Positions 1 to 10,170 of a stretch of DNA of 63,859 nucleotides are shown one piece after another. The DNA comes from an uncultured virus (IMG/VR IMGVR_UViG_3300028490_000003). Lineage: Duplodnaviria > Heunggongvirae > Uroviricota > Caudoviricetes. The position numbers were made by a program, and so were the translations under genes. Below the pieces are notes generated by a model. That model did not search any database. It worked only from the letters and a program-made list of their open reading frames with translations, and had not been told where the DNA came from. Every line of letters begins with the position of its first letter. The first letter of the stretch is position 1. The stretch lies in the IMG/VR virus record IMGVR_UViG_3300028490_000003; one strand, written 5' to 3'.

Positions 1-2
1 GT

Positions 3-311
3 GTAGGATCTATTCCTACGACATCTGCTGCAGTAAGAGCACTTACCCATAAAGGGTTTATGCCTACTAGTACGTTTACTATTAGTATACCAACTATGAC
101 AGCAGAAGTAGCATTTTATATTCCTGTAAATTCAGGAACAGTTACAGTAACACTTGTAGAGAGTAATGCTGATGTTACTGACACATTTACACCTATAGAT
201 ATGGGAGTTGATGATGCAGCTGGAGTAGGGCAACAGTATACAAGATTTGAAACAATAATACCAGGTGGAGGTTATACTGCACCTAAGACATATAAAGTAG
301 TAATATCATAA
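3..311 (+). CDS. Partial (5'-truncated) tail/adaptor-type virion protein
   Basis: The frame of ORF 60..311 stays open back to position 3 (VGSIPTTSAAVRALTHKGFM...), so the gene begins upstream of the window. The beta-rich C-terminus loosely resembles the C-terminus of 10255..11205. Confidence 0.6.
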   Translation, partial: VGSIPTTSAAVRALTHKGFMPTSTFTISIPTMTAEVAFYIPVNSGTVTVTLVESNADVTDTFTPIDMGVDDAAGVGQQYTRFETIIPGGGYTAPKTYKVVIS

Positions 312-331
312 CAACTAAATAATATAAAAAC

Positions 332-760
332 ATGGCATATTTTGAATTACCCATTAGTGTAAGAATATCAGGACCAGATCCTATAGATGGGGACAGATAT
401 ATAGCGGCTGATATAGCGGCCAGAGATGCGTTGCTTACACCACCTTCTATACGTGCAAAAGCAGGGCAACAAGTATTTGTTGAATCTAATCAGACACTTT
501 ATATATTAAAGGGTAGTACAAATGCTGATTGGGAAGAAGTAGGAGCAGGAGGACCAATAACTGGGGATAAATATTTTGAATTTATTCAAGCCCCAGCGTC
601 TATTCAATGGACAATAAATCACAATTTAGGGAAATATCCATCAGTTAATGTAATGGATGCTTCTAACAATATAGTTGAATGTCAAATTCAACACTCAAAT
701 AACAATACCACTATACTTACATTTAATGTAGCTATAGACGGTACTGCTATATTTAATTAA
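332..760 (+). CDS. Tail fibre adaptor-like protein (N-terminal PID-x-R domain, C-terminal HNLG domain)
   Basis: 142 aa. The C-terminal WTINHNLGKYPSVNVMD domain resembles the WVINHALGKREVVVQVYE C-terminus of the next gene. Lies in the tail-fibre cluster. Confidence 0.6.
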   Translation: MAYFELPISVRISGPDPIDGDRYIAADIAARDALLTPPSIRAKAGQQVFVESNQTLYILKGSTNADWEEVGAGGPITGDKYFEFIQAPASIQWTINHNLGKYPSVNVMDASNNIVECQIQHSNNNTTILTFNVAIDGTAIFN

Positions 761-802
761 TTAATTAATAATAAATTTATTTAACATTTAAAACATTTTA
801 AA

Positions 803-2386
803 ATGGCATCAAAAAAATTTTTAGTAAATCTGGATTTATCAGGTAATTTACTTAACAATGCAAGAATAATGCACGGCGCAGCAGATCCAGCAGTAACTGG
901 TTCAGACGCTGGTTTTATATTCTTCAACACAACGGACAAAGAACTTAAAGTATGGGACGGAGGTAATTGGATAACATCTACTGTTGACTTCTCATTACTT
1001 AGTGGAGACGTAACATCAACAGCAGCTGGTGTAGTAACTATCGAAGATGACGCGATAATTACACAGAAAATTATTGACGGAGCAGTAACAAATGCTAAGA
1101 TGGCTGATATGGCCTCTAAAACATTTAAAGGTAATGCATCAGCAGGTGCAGCAGCTCCTCAAGATCTTACTGTAGCAGAAATGCAGGCAGAATTAGGAAT
1201 TAATCCAGGTGGTGGAGAATTAAATGAGAAAGCTGAATTAGAAATTGGCTCTCAAACTACTACTACAATGGATATTAATTCCTCTGTAGCTTCTTCAGCT
1301 GGAGCACAAACTGATTCTGTAACTTTACCTCAGGTACTTTCTGGTGGTAATGCAGGACTTATGTCTGGGGCAGACAAACTTGCTTTAGATACTTTAGTAT
1401 CAGCACCTGGAACAGGAGCCTTATCAATAACTAATGATTCTGGCCCTCTTACTAATGCTGCTATTACAGTTACATTATCTGATGGAGTTAATCCTGTAAA
1501 AACGCATACTATTCCTTTAGCAACTAATAATCATGCTGGTTTAATGGATACTGGACAACAGTCTAAATTAAATAATATTGAAGCAGAAGCTACTAAAGTA
1601 GTTAAGTCTGAGGTTGTTTATAGAAACTTTACATCTACTACAGATCCTAGTTTTACTAGTTTATCCGCTATAGCTTGGGTAACTGCAGATGCTGCTTTTG
1701 CAAGTTCTACAGACGAATTAGTTCCTACAGCATTAGCTGTTAAGACTTATGTTGATGGTAAAGTTGCTGGAAACAGTGCTTATCAAGGAAGTTACGACGC
1801 TGCTGGGGATAGTCCTCACCTTGATTCTGGTACAATAGTTACTGGACTTCATAAAGGTGATTACTACGTAGTTACTGTAGCTGGTGAGTTCTTTGGAGGA
1901 ACTGCTGGTGGTGGAATAGATTTAGCTGTTAGTGATACTATTATTGCTAATAAAGTTGATCCTACTGTATTTGCTGATTGGGATATAGTTCATAGAACAA
2001 TTAATGTTGCTTCTACTACTGTACAAGGTGAAACTTTCTTAGCTACAGACGCTGAAGCAATTGCTGCTACAGAAGCTGGTAATAAAGCTATTGTACCTAC
2101 TAGTTTAAAAGCTGCTTTAGAGGCGCCTTTATATGGTGGTTCATCAACAACAGGTAACGCGAGACGTTACAGCTTTGAAGTAACTGGAGACGGTTCAACA
2201 TCTTCATGGGTAATTAATCATGCTCTTGGAAAAAGAGAAGTAGTTGTTCAAGTATATGAAAGTACTGGGGCTAATTATGAAGAAGTTATTACTGGAGTTC
2301 AAAGAACTGATGATAATAATGTTCAGATTGATATTAACAATAACTTAGCTAATAATGATAAGTTAACAGTTGTAGTTGTAGGATAA
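803..2386 (+). CDS. Tail fibre protein
   Basis: 527 aa, rich in Ala/Gly/Thr/Ser. Fibre-like motifs (AGLMSGADK, AGLMDTGQQSKL, LVPTALAVKTYVD, ASTTVQG...LAT) and a C-terminal HALG domain. Confidence 0.75.
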   Translation: MASKKFLVNLDLSGNLLNNARIMHGAADPAVTGSDAGFIFFNTTDKELKVWDGGNWITSTVDFSLLSGDVTSTAAGVVTIEDDAIITQKIIDGAVTNAKMADMASKTFKGNASAGAAAPQDLTVAEMQAELGINPGGGELNEKAELEIGSQTTTTMDINSSVASSAGAQTDSVTLPQVLSGGNAGLMSGADKLALDTLVSAPGTGALSITNDSGPLTNAAITVTLSDGVNPVKTHTIPLATNNHAGLMDTGQQSKLNNIEAEATKVVKSEVVYRNFTSTTDPSFTSLSAIAWVTADAAFASSTDELVPTALAVKTYVDGKVAGNSAYQGSYDAAGDSPHLDSGTIVTGLHKGDYYVVTVAGEFFGGTAGGGIDLAVSDTIIANKVDPTVFADWDIVHRTINVASTTVQGETFLATDAEAIAATEAGNKAIVPTSLKAALEAPLYGGSSTTGNARRYSFEVTGDGSTSSWVINHALGKREVVVQVYESTGANYEEVITGVQRTDDNNVQIDINNNLANNDKLTVVVVG

Positions 2387-2402
2387 TCTTTAAACCTATA
2401 TC

Positions 2403-2434
2403 GAATAGGGTCTTTGATCGGGCCCTATTTGTCT
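2403..2434 (+). terminator. Putative intrinsic terminator/hairpin
   Basis: Stem AATAGGGTC/GGCCCTATT with an 8-nt loop, just after the 2386 stop. The U-tract is weak. Confidence 0.55.
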
Positions 2435-2476
2435 AAGTTATTTTAAATAACAAATTAATAATAATAAAATTAAGAT

Positions 2477-4657
2477 ATGGCCACTAAAAAGATATTAGTA
2501 AATTTAGATGTTACAGGTACTGGAGTATTCTCTGGAACGGCTACTGCAGCTCCAGCAGCAACTACAGCTCAACTAGCTACTTTAGGGCAAGTTAATATAG
2601 CTGTCGCAGGTAAAGAGAATGCATTTAGTAAAAATACTGCTTTTAATAAAAACTTTGGTACGGGGCTTAATGATGTTTCCAGAGGTAATCATGGGCACTC
2701 TAATTATGAACCTACTATTAGCCCAAAAAATTCAGCCTTTAACAAGAATTTTGGTACTACACCTGGGACTGTTTCTCAAGGAGATCATGCCCATGCGTAT
2801 ATTCCACTAGCAGGAACTACTGCATTAACTGGAAGTATTGTTCCTTCTGGTACTAACCTGAGAAGTTTAGGGTCTGATTCAAAGAGATTCAAACATATTT
2901 ATGTGAACGATATTACAGGGCAAACAGCTTTATTTAGTAGTATAGTTACAGGTAGGCCTCAAGCAGGAACACCTAATCCTGTCGTAGGCCCAAATGAATT
3001 TGTATCTAGAGGCTGGGTAGAAGACCAGAATTTTGGAGGAGATAATGCTTTTATTACTATTATAGAAAAATCAGCTAATTATACAACTTTTGGTAATGAT
3101 GCAGATTCAAATAAATTAATTGAAGCTAAAGTAGGTTTTAATACTTTGACTTTAAAGAGTGATGCTCTTACTGAAGGGTTTAGAGGACAGGTGGTTAATA
3201 CCACTGGAAGTACAATTGTTATTGCGATTGATGTGGCTGATACAGTTACTGGAGGGTCTGGACCATATACAGTAGATGACGGATATTTTGCTTATTATAT
3301 TAAAATAGGGCCTAATTTATGGGGGCTATCTATAGGTAAAGCACAAACAGCAATGCAATCTCCACTTACATTTCTACCTCCATTAAGCGAGACGAATGAT
3401 GTTGTTAGTATGGCACAAGCAACGGCTAGTGTAAATGGATGGTTATCTAGTACAGATTGGTCAGCATTTCATAATAAAGGAAATATTACAGAAGTTTACG
3501 CAGGACAAGGAATAGCTGGAGGTGGTGTATCTGGTCAGGTTCAAGTTAGTCTGGAGGTTACAGGAGTAGCGACAGGAGATTATACAAATGCCACTGTAGG
3601 CGTTGATGCTTTTGGTAGAATTATTAATATATCTAGTGGTACTGCTGGTCCTACACCTAATAATGCTACTATTACAATAGCTGCAGGAGCATCTCTGGTT
3701 ACTGGAGGTACATTTACACTTAATCAAGCAGTAAATAAAACAATAACAATAAACCATTCTACAGCAATAGGTAGTAAACATATTCCTTCTGGGGGATCCG
3801 CTAATCAGTATTTAAAATATACCTCTAGTGGTACAGCCGTTTGGGCATCATTACCTACTGGTGGAGATATGTTTAAAACTAATTACGCTACTGTATCTAA
3901 TACAAAAGTAGATACTGCTATTAATGCAGATAATTTTGGAGGCCAAAGTTCTTCTTTTTATGCTACAGCATCAAGTTTAAGTAATTACTTAGCTAAAGCT
4001 GGAGGTACTATGACTGGAGATATTACTATGGGAGGTAATGATCTTGTAAATACAGGGGCAATTCTTGCTGGTGTATCTGCTCTTACTAAAACTCATTTTA
4101 CACATGAACTTAATAAAGATCAAGCATTCCCTACTGTACTTGCAATTAATAATCAGTTAAATGATTCTAATGCATCTGCTAGAATAGAATTTGGTACTCA
4201 TGGAGATAACTGGGCATTAGGAATGGGGTCATCAACAAATGACTCAAATGCGTTTCATATCTTATATGATCCAGGAGCTGGTAATACAGGTTCTGTAATG
4301 AGAATAGATGCTGGGACTAAACAAGTTTCGTTTCCTAATGACTTAACTGCACCTGACTTTATAACAAGTTCTGATAAAAGGCTTAAGACTAATATAAAGC
4401 CAATTGATGTAAAACCTTTAGATATAGATTATAAAGAGTTTGTATTCTTACAGGATAAGACACAGCTTCGTTATGGGGTAATTGCGCAAGAAGTAGAGGA
4501 AAAATACCCTAGTCTCGTTAGAGAAGATCATGAAGGAATGAAAGCTGTTAGTTATACTGATTTATTAGTTAGAGAAGTAGCTGCACTAAAAGCTCAAAAT
4601 AAACGTTTAGAAGATAGATTAACAAAGTTAGAAGAAATAGTATTTAATAAGATATAA
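2477..4657 (+). CDS. Tail fibre with C-terminal peptidase S74 intramolecular chaperone domain
   Basis: C-terminus TSSDKRLKTNIKPI...RYGVIAQEVEEKYPSLV...AVSYTDLL followed by a coiled coil is the S74/ICA signature (starts at ~4370). HxH motifs and YLAKAGGTMTGDI fibre motifs are also present. Confidence 0.9.
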   Translation: MATKKILVNLDVTGTGVFSGTATAAPAATTAQLATLGQVNIAVAGKENAFSKNTAFNKNFGTGLNDVSRGNHGHSNYEPTISPKNSAFNKNFGTTPGTVSQGDHAHAYIPLAGTTALTGSIVPSGTNLRSLGSDSKRFKHIYVNDITGQTALFSSIVTGRPQAGTPNPVVGPNEFVSRGWVEDQNFGGDNAFITIIEKSANYTTFGNDADSNKLIEAKVGFNTLTLKSDALTEGFRGQVVNTTGSTIVIAIDVADTVTGGSGPYTVDDGYFAYYIKIGPNLWGLSIGKAQTAMQSPLTFLPPLSETNDVVSMAQATASVNGWLSSTDWSAFHNKGNITEVYAGQGIAGGGVSGQVQVSLEVTGVATGDYTNATVGVDAFGRIINISSGTAGPTPNNATITIAAGASLVTGGTFTLNQAVNKTITINHSTAIGSKHIPSGGSANQYLKYTSSGTAVWASLPTGGDMFKTNYATVSNTKVDTAINADNFGGQSSSFYATASSLSNYLAKAGGTMTGDITMGGNDLVNTGAILAGVSALTKTHFTHELNKDQAFPTVLAINNQLNDSNASARIEFGTHGDNWALGMGSSTNDSNAFHILYDPGAGNTGSVMRIDAGTKQVSFPNDLTAPDFITSSDKRLKTNIKPIDVKPLDIDYKEFVFLQDKTQLRYGVIAQEVEEKYPSLVREDHEGMKAVSYTDLLVREVAALKAQNKRLEDRLTKLEEIVFNKI
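2612..2794 (+). repeat. Tandem ~30-aa repeat (KNxAFNKNFGT...VSxGxHxH), 2 copies
   Basis: KENAFSKNTAFNKNFGTGLNDVSRGNHGH versus YEPTISPKNSAFNKNFGTTPGTVSQGDHAH. Confidence 0.85.
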
Positions 4658-4658
4658 T

Positions 4659-5885
4659 ATGTTTGGAAATGAAGCAATATTTGGAACTAATATAATTACT
4701 GATATTCCTATAGATACTTGGGAACTTACTCTTATACCTAATAAGGAAGTTCATTTACAACCAGTAACTTATAAAGCAGAGTATAGCGTAGATGGGGGAA
4801 GTTGGGTAGAAGTTTCGGGTAATTCTGTAACTATTATTCAAACAGGGTCAAGTTCTACTATAATAATTAGGGCATTACGTGAAACAGATATAATATTTAA
4901 TCAAAGTACTGGTATACAGCATGCTAAAATATTATATGGAGCATATATAATGAGATTTTCTGATACATTTAATAGTACAGAAGGGCTAGAATCCCTTACC
5001 ATAGCGTCTGGGCAAAATGTAGACCATATAGATAGTCTTGCAGGGATGTTTTCTGGAAGTGATATTACAGACAGTTTTACTACTAATGTGGATTTTAGTA
5101 ACGCTAAATTTTGTCATAGTATGTTTACTAGATGTAATGGTATAACACAAACAGTTTCTTCTAGTCTATTTGACTTTTCTAGTATTATATTTGCTTCATC
5201 AATGTATCGAAGTTGTGATAATCTTGTTACTATAAATAGTATGCCTTTACCTTTAGCAAAAGATGTTAGTGCATTATTTATGGACTGTGCAAGTCTTCTT
5301 CATATACCAAATATGAGTTTCCCAGAAGCCACTAGTTTAAATAGACTTTGTGGGGATGATGGAGGAAACGCACATGTACTTCAAACTGTAGGAAATATTT
5401 CAGCACCTAAAGGTGAAACTTTTTTCGGTATGTTTCAAAGTCAACCTAATTTAACATCTATAGGAAGTTTAGACCTTTCTCACGCTGAAAAAATAGAGTT
5501 TATGTTATATAAATGTACTGCATTAACGTCTATAAATATAATATCTCCGTTAGGGCCTACTATAACTAAAGCATCTTTTGCATTTGGTGAGACTAATTTA
5601 AGTATGGATTTAGAAATAGATTTATCTAATAATACAACTTTCCAAGGAGTTTTTGATACTAGTAAATTTACTAAATTAACTATAGGAAATGTAGTAATGA
5701 CAGAAAGTAATCTTGTTACATTCTTTGGCATGCCAGCACTTACTGATATATGTGGTAGTATAGATACAACTGGCGCTACTTCATTAGGTAATTTATTTGG
5801 AGGTAATACAGTACTTAATCATCCAACAAGCGCAGAAATAACAACATTAGAAGGAGGAGGAACATATTCGTATACTTGTCCTTAA
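4659..5885 (+). CDS. BspA/DUF285-like leucine-rich-repeat protein, candidate receptor-binding protein
   Basis: Recurring ~24-aa units (MFTRCNGI, MYRSCDNLVTI, LFMDCASLLHI, MFQSQPNLTSI, MLYKCTALTSI). Directly follows the S74 fibre gene. Confidence 0.7.
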   Translation: MFGNEAIFGTNIITDIPIDTWELTLIPNKEVHLQPVTYKAEYSVDGGSWVEVSGNSVTIIQTGSSSTIIIRALRETDIIFNQSTGIQHAKILYGAYIMRFSDTFNSTEGLESLTIASGQNVDHIDSLAGMFSGSDITDSFTTNVDFSNAKFCHSMFTRCNGITQTVSSSLFDFSSIIFASSMYRSCDNLVTINSMPLPLAKDVSALFMDCASLLHIPNMSFPEATSLNRLCGDDGGNAHVLQTVGNISAPKGETFFGMFQSQPNLTSIGSLDLSHAEKIEFMLYKCTALTSINIISPLGPTITKASFAFGETNLSMDLEIDLSNNTTFQGVFDTSKFTKLTIGNVVMTESNLVTFFGMPALTDICGSIDTTGATSLGNLFGGNTVLNHPTSAEITTLEGGGTYSYTCP

Positions 5886-5902
5886 TAATTAAATAAGAAA
5901 AT

Positions 5903-6898
5903 ATGGCAGCATTACCAACAGGAATTATAAAATTATCAGAAGTAATACAACACTTTATAGACAAGGGAGTTGGAACATTCACTAAATTAAGTGAGTGTAT
6001 TGCTGTGTTTGACCCAGCCAGTGCTAATTCTACTTATTATCCAGGGGGCACAGTAGATAGATTAAGTTATTTTAAAGGGTACGACCATATAACAATAACA
6101 CTAGTTCAATTTAGTCTTACATCTTCAGGATATGGGCCTTCTTCTGGAGCCTGTAATGATCATACACATGTATTTAGATGGCATGATGGTGCTGGTACTT
6201 ATCCAGTTTTATCAGATATAATATATGCTACAAATGATGTTAATGATGAGTTTGTAGGCCTAAATAAATATTATGGAGTGTATTCAGAAAATACTACTAT
6301 AAAAGTTAATGCTGCAGGTATTGTACTAGATAAAGTAGTATGCCCTTCTGCGCCAGATGCACCTACTAATCTTGCTTCTTCTGCTATAACATCTAATTCA
6401 TTCACACTAAGTTGGACAGCTCCAGCTAATAATGGAGGAAGTACAATAACAGATTATAAAATATATAATGGGGGAGGGTTACCGTATACTACTACTGGAA
6501 ATAATAATACTAGTATATCTATAACAGGTTTAGACCCTGCTACTACATTAACATGGACAGTTAAAGCAGTAAATGCTATCGGGGATTCTGCCCCATCTAC
6601 TGGATTAAGTGTTACAACATCCGCATTAATTTTAACTCAATTTGGAATTGATATATATAAATCAGGAACATCACCAACAGGAGCTTGTTCAGCGCTTGCT
6701 GGGGGGTGGTTACAATATTATCATAATGGAAGTGGATCTGAGCCAGCAAGTGGTGATATTATTTATACTACAAGTACTGGTTCTTCTGTATTTATAGGGG
6801 ATGATAAATATTATGTAGTAAATACATTTGGAGACGGTACTCCTATGAAAGTAGATGATAATGGAGTTGTAGTAACAGTTGGGACACCATGTCATTAA
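5903..6898 (+). CDS. Fibronectin type III domain adhesin flanked by two copies of a Cys-bracketed domain
   Basis: FN3: PDAPTNL...FTLSWTAPANNGGSTITDYKIY...ITGLDPAT...VKAVNAIGDSAPS (~6347-6622). The N-terminal MAALPTGIIKLSEV resembles small fibre-tip proteins that follow S74 fibres. Confidence 0.85.
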   Translation: MAALPTGIIKLSEVIQHFIDKGVGTFTKLSECIAVFDPASANSTYYPGGTVDRLSYFKGYDHITITLVQFSLTSSGYGPSSGACNDHTHVFRWHDGAGTYPVLSDIIYATNDVNDEFVGLNKYYGVYSENTTIKVNAAGIVLDKVVCPSAPDAPTNLASSAITSNSFTLSWTAPANNGGSTITDYKIYNGGGLPYTTTGNNNTSISITGLDPATTLTWTVKAVNAIGDSAPSTGLSVTTSALILTQFGIDIYKSGTSPTGACSALAGGWLQYYHNGSGSEPASGDIIYTTSTGSSVFIGDDKYYVVNTFGDGTPMKVDDNGVVVTVGTPCH

Positions 6899-6931
6899 TA
6901 ATATAAAATAATAATATAAAATAATAAAATC

Positions 6932-9286
6932 ATGAGTAGAAGAAGTGTAGTAACGTATGTAGTAAATACAGAAAAAGATAAACCCTTTCTTGGAAGAAAT
7001 CAAATAGGGTCAATAGTATATGTAAAAAGCACTCAAAAATCTGAAGTATTCACTGGGGATGATTGGGAGCCAATATCTGGAGGAGGAGGAACAACTGTAA
7101 AGGGCTCTGATACTGTGGCTAATATTATAACTAAACCAGGAGTAGAAGGAGAAATGTGGATATCTACTACTGCAGGAGATGATGGGAATACTCCACCTAA
7201 TCCTGTTGCTATAGGTGATGCTTTAGTATATAACGCTGCATCTGGAGTATGGGAAACTGTAGGACCAATTGCTGGCCCTGCTGGACCTCCTGGGCAAAAT
7301 GGAGCAGATGGTAGTGATGGTAGTGATGGGGCTGACGGAGCTACTGGACCAGCGGGTGCAGATAGTACAGTTCCTGGACCAGCAGGAGCTGATGGAAATG
7401 ATGGATTGCCAGGTGCTAATGGAACTGATGGAGCAAAAGGAGACCTTGGAGAAAAAGGAGACCCTGGAACGCCAGGTGTTGATGGGGGTGAGGGGCCTGC
7501 TGGACCAAATGGGCAAGGAGTTCCAAATGGCGGTGACGCTAATCAAGTTTTAGCAAAGGTAGACGGTTCTGATTTTAATACAATATGGGTAGACCAGTCT
7601 GGAGGCGGAGGAGTTACTGTAATAGATAACTTAACTTCTACTAGCCCTACAGATGCATTGTCTGCAAATATGGGGACACATTTATTAGACTTATTAGAAA
7701 CTCATGAAAATAACGACGCTAGACATTTATCAATAGATCAGAATGCTGCTCTAGATGCGGCTAATGCACCTGATGCAGCTAATCCAGTTGCTACTATGGC
7801 AGATATTTCAGCAGGAACTCCTGGAACAGCATGGAAAGGTATTTGGGGAACAGGTTCATATGATAAAGGAGATCAAACTACAGATAAAGGATGGTTAAAG
7901 ATAGCTAATAAAACTACAACAGATAGACCTTCTCCTGTAGCAACTAAAGTATCTAGTTATATATATCAAGGTAAACTTGAAGATAATAATGATGTTACTG
8001 GTACACACATACTTGCAGGGCAAAGATACTCATTTTTAGCGCCTTACTTTTTAAAAGCAATTAGATTATTTACTAAGATAGATCAAACATATCAAGTATT
8101 TGCAGTATATGATCCTTTAGGAGATCCTATATTCAGACAACTTTTAAGTTATAAAGCAACTACTGATGGTTGGAGTACATTTGATATTAATGATGTTCTT
8201 ATCGAAGGTAGTACTCATATAGATATTATAGCTAAAGTAGAGAGTGCAGCTGGAGCAGCAACAGAAGAATTAGGAGATTACTGGTATTACCTTCAAACAG
8301 GTGTAGTACCAACAGCTGATGGGCAGATATATCATGATCCTAATGATAAGACTAAAATGAAGATCCATAAAAATAATATAGCGGGGCATCCTATGGCGTC
8401 ATTTGAGCATATGACTACTGGAGATACTATTAGGATAAAACAAATTATATGGACTTTAACTGCTGCCCCTGTTGATGCAGGAGACTATTGGAGTTTTGAT
8501 ATTGATCCAGAGCTAATAGCTACTTCTGGGGCTATTGAGACTGTTACTTTTACGCAGTTAGCTTCTACAGATGTTATAAATCATAATTTTGATATTAATT
8601 ATTTTACTTCTAATCCTGAAGTAGAGGGAATTTATGAACTTAATGGTAATTATGACCCTAGTGGAATAGCGCCTGACGGTAATCAATATATAATAGATAT
8701 AGAAACACAGCAAGTAGCTATTTCACAGGATTGGGATTTTCAAGCTTATTCTGCAGAAGTACTATGGGATGGTATAAGTGTAAGTGGTACAAGTATGAGT
8801 GCATTAAATGTACCGTCACCAGCACCGCCAGCAAACGACCCTCCTGCACCAACAACTGGATTATTAGCAAGGTATGCTGAATCAGCTATGCTTCCTATAC
8901 CTGTTACATCTCAATATGAACCATTTAGATTTACGAGTCATACAACAGTAGATAGAAATAACGGATTCTTTGATTTTCCTATAGTTACTGGACAACCTTA
9001 TTTAACAGTATTAGCAGACGGTGTATACAAATTAAGAGTTAATATCTCTGTTAAAACATCTAAAAATGCAACTTTATTCTTTAGATTATTTAGAAATGAT
9101 GGCACTGCTTCATGGCAAGAATCTGCAAGAAATTATATAGCTAAGAGTAAATCAGATACTGTTTCTATGACTGGTGTGCTTGAATTAAATGCTGGGGATA
9201 AGTTAGAACTTAGAGTAAAGAGTAGTATAAATACAGATATGGAAGTACTAGCAGCTAATTGGGAAATAGAAAAAACAAAATATTAA
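6932..9286 (+). CDS. Collagen-like tail fibre/spike with C1q/TNF-like (BclA-type) C-terminal domain
   Basis: Gly-X-Y run (~7262-7520), followed by GGDANQVLAKVDGSDFNTIWVD and VIDNLTSTSPTDALSANMG. C-terminal GVYKLRVNIS...VLELNAGDKLELRV. Confidence 0.8.
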   Translation: MSRRSVVTYVVNTEKDKPFLGRNQIGSIVYVKSTQKSEVFTGDDWEPISGGGGTTVKGSDTVANIITKPGVEGEMWISTTAGDDGNTPPNPVAIGDALVYNAASGVWETVGPIAGPAGPPGQNGADGSDGSDGADGATGPAGADSTVPGPAGADGNDGLPGANGTDGAKGDLGEKGDPGTPGVDGGEGPAGPNGQGVPNGGDANQVLAKVDGSDFNTIWVDQSGGGGVTVIDNLTSTSPTDALSANMGTHLLDLLETHENNDARHLSIDQNAALDAANAPDAANPVATMADISAGTPGTAWKGIWGTGSYDKGDQTTDKGWLKIANKTTTDRPSPVATKVSSYIYQGKLEDNNDVTGTHILAGQRYSFLAPYFLKAIRLFTKIDQTYQVFAVYDPLGDPIFRQLLSYKATTDGWSTFDINDVLIEGSTHIDIIAKVESAAGAATEELGDYWYYLQTGVVPTADGQIYHDPNDKTKMKIHKNNIAGHPMASFEHMTTGDTIRIKQIIWTLTAAPVDAGDYWSFDIDPELIATSGAIETVTFTQLASTDVINHNFDINYFTSNPEVEGIYELNGNYDPSGIAPDGNQYIIDIETQQVAISQDWDFQAYSAEVLWDGISVSGTSMSALNVPSPAPPANDPPAPTTGLLARYAESAMLPIPVTSQYEPFRFTSHTTVDRNNGFFDFPIVTGQPYLTVLADGVYKLRVNISVKTSKNATLFFRLFRNDGTASWQESARNYIAKSKSDTVSMTGVLELNAGDKLELRVKSSINTDMEVLAANWEIEKTKY

Positions 9287-9786
9287 TGAAAAATATTATA
9301 GATATAGTAATAGACGGTACAGAATACATCGCTATTAAAGTAGGTATAAAGCAGAATACAACACCTAGTAAAGATAACTTTAGATTTGCTATTATTACTA
9401 GGTTTTGGGACGATACTGTACAAACGTTAGGTGTTATGAATGCCTTTCAAGGTAAGGATCATCTGATGCAATGTAAGACTCTTGAGTTGGCCTGGAAAGA
9501 CAATAAGACTGGAATAAGCTGTATACCTAAAGGGGAATACAGTGTTGTTCCTTATGCAAGTCCTTCTAAAGGAGATGTGTATTTGCTTGAAAATGTAGAA
9601 GATAGATCCATGGTAGAGATACATGTAGGAAACTATAATTCTGATATTCAGGGGTGTATACTTGTTGGAGATAACTTTTCTTATATTAATAGCGACAAAG
9701 AGGCAGATGTAACAAATAGTAGAAATACTTTTGAAAGGTTAAAAACTGTGTTTGGTTACGAGCCTTTTACACTATTCATAAGATAA
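9286..9786 (+). CDS. DUF5675-family protein, candidate endolysin (L,D-transpeptidase-like)
   Basis: Motifs TLELAW...SCIPKGEY...RSMVEIHVGNYNSDIQGCILVG. The ATG at 9286 overlaps the upstream stop (TAATG) and is preferred over the TTG at 9259. Confidence 0.8.
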   Translation: MKNIIDIVIDGTEYIAIKVGIKQNTTPSKDNFRFAIITRFWDDTVQTLGVMNAFQGKDHLMQCKTLELAWKDNKTGISCIPKGEYSVVPYASPSKGDVYLLENVEDRSMVEIHVGNYNSDIQGCILVGDNFSYINSDKEADVTNSRNTFERLKTVFGYEPFTLFIR

Positions 9787-9798
9787 TAAATAAATATT

Positions 9799-10113
9799 GT
9801 GATGAAAGAAGACGAATTAGATAAAATAGAAAGAATGACTATTAGATTATTTTTAATAATTATTCTTGTGTGGGTTACTATAATGCTTTTTAGAAGTTGT
9901 TCAGTATCTTATATTAAGATAAAGAATAGTAAGGACATTAAGGTTAAGTCTGTTTTAGACGAGCCAAATGACAGCATTGCTGGAGGAATAGTTAAGGGGG
10001 CCGTAAAGGTAATCGAGACTGTTGAAGACGCTACTGTAGGTAATGTAAGAACTGGTATAAAAGTTATAGGAGATACAATAAAAAAGAAAAGAAACAAAGA
10101 TAGTTTAAAATAA
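9799..10113 (+). CDS. Single-pass membrane/lipoprotein-like protein, candidate lysis accessory (spanin-like)
   Basis: Hydrophobic segment IRLFLIIILVWVTIMLF followed by RSC. Adjacent to the lysin candidate. Confidence 0.5.
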   Translation: MMKEDELDKIERMTIRLFLIIILVWVTIMLFRSCSVSYIKIKNSKDIKVKSVLDEPNDSIAGGIVKGAVKVIETVEDATVGNVRTGIKVIGDTIKKKRNKDSLK

Positions 10114-10120
10114 TACATTG

Positions 10121-10170
10121 CGCCAATTGTTCGGGCTCGCTACCACCAATATTGGACTGAAGTGTGAGAT
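10121..10170 (+). ncRNA. Candidate small structured (pseudoknotted) RNA element
   Basis: GC-richer 50-nt non-coding segment with interleaved pairings TTCGG/CTGAA and CTCGC/GTGAG, plus CCAAT/ATTGG. It lies directly before a terminator. Family not recognised. Confidence 0.3.

Noticed and set aside
7262..7520. GC-richer repetitive DNA as a mobile or foreign insert
   Set aside because: Fully explained by Gly-X-Y collagen-like codons.
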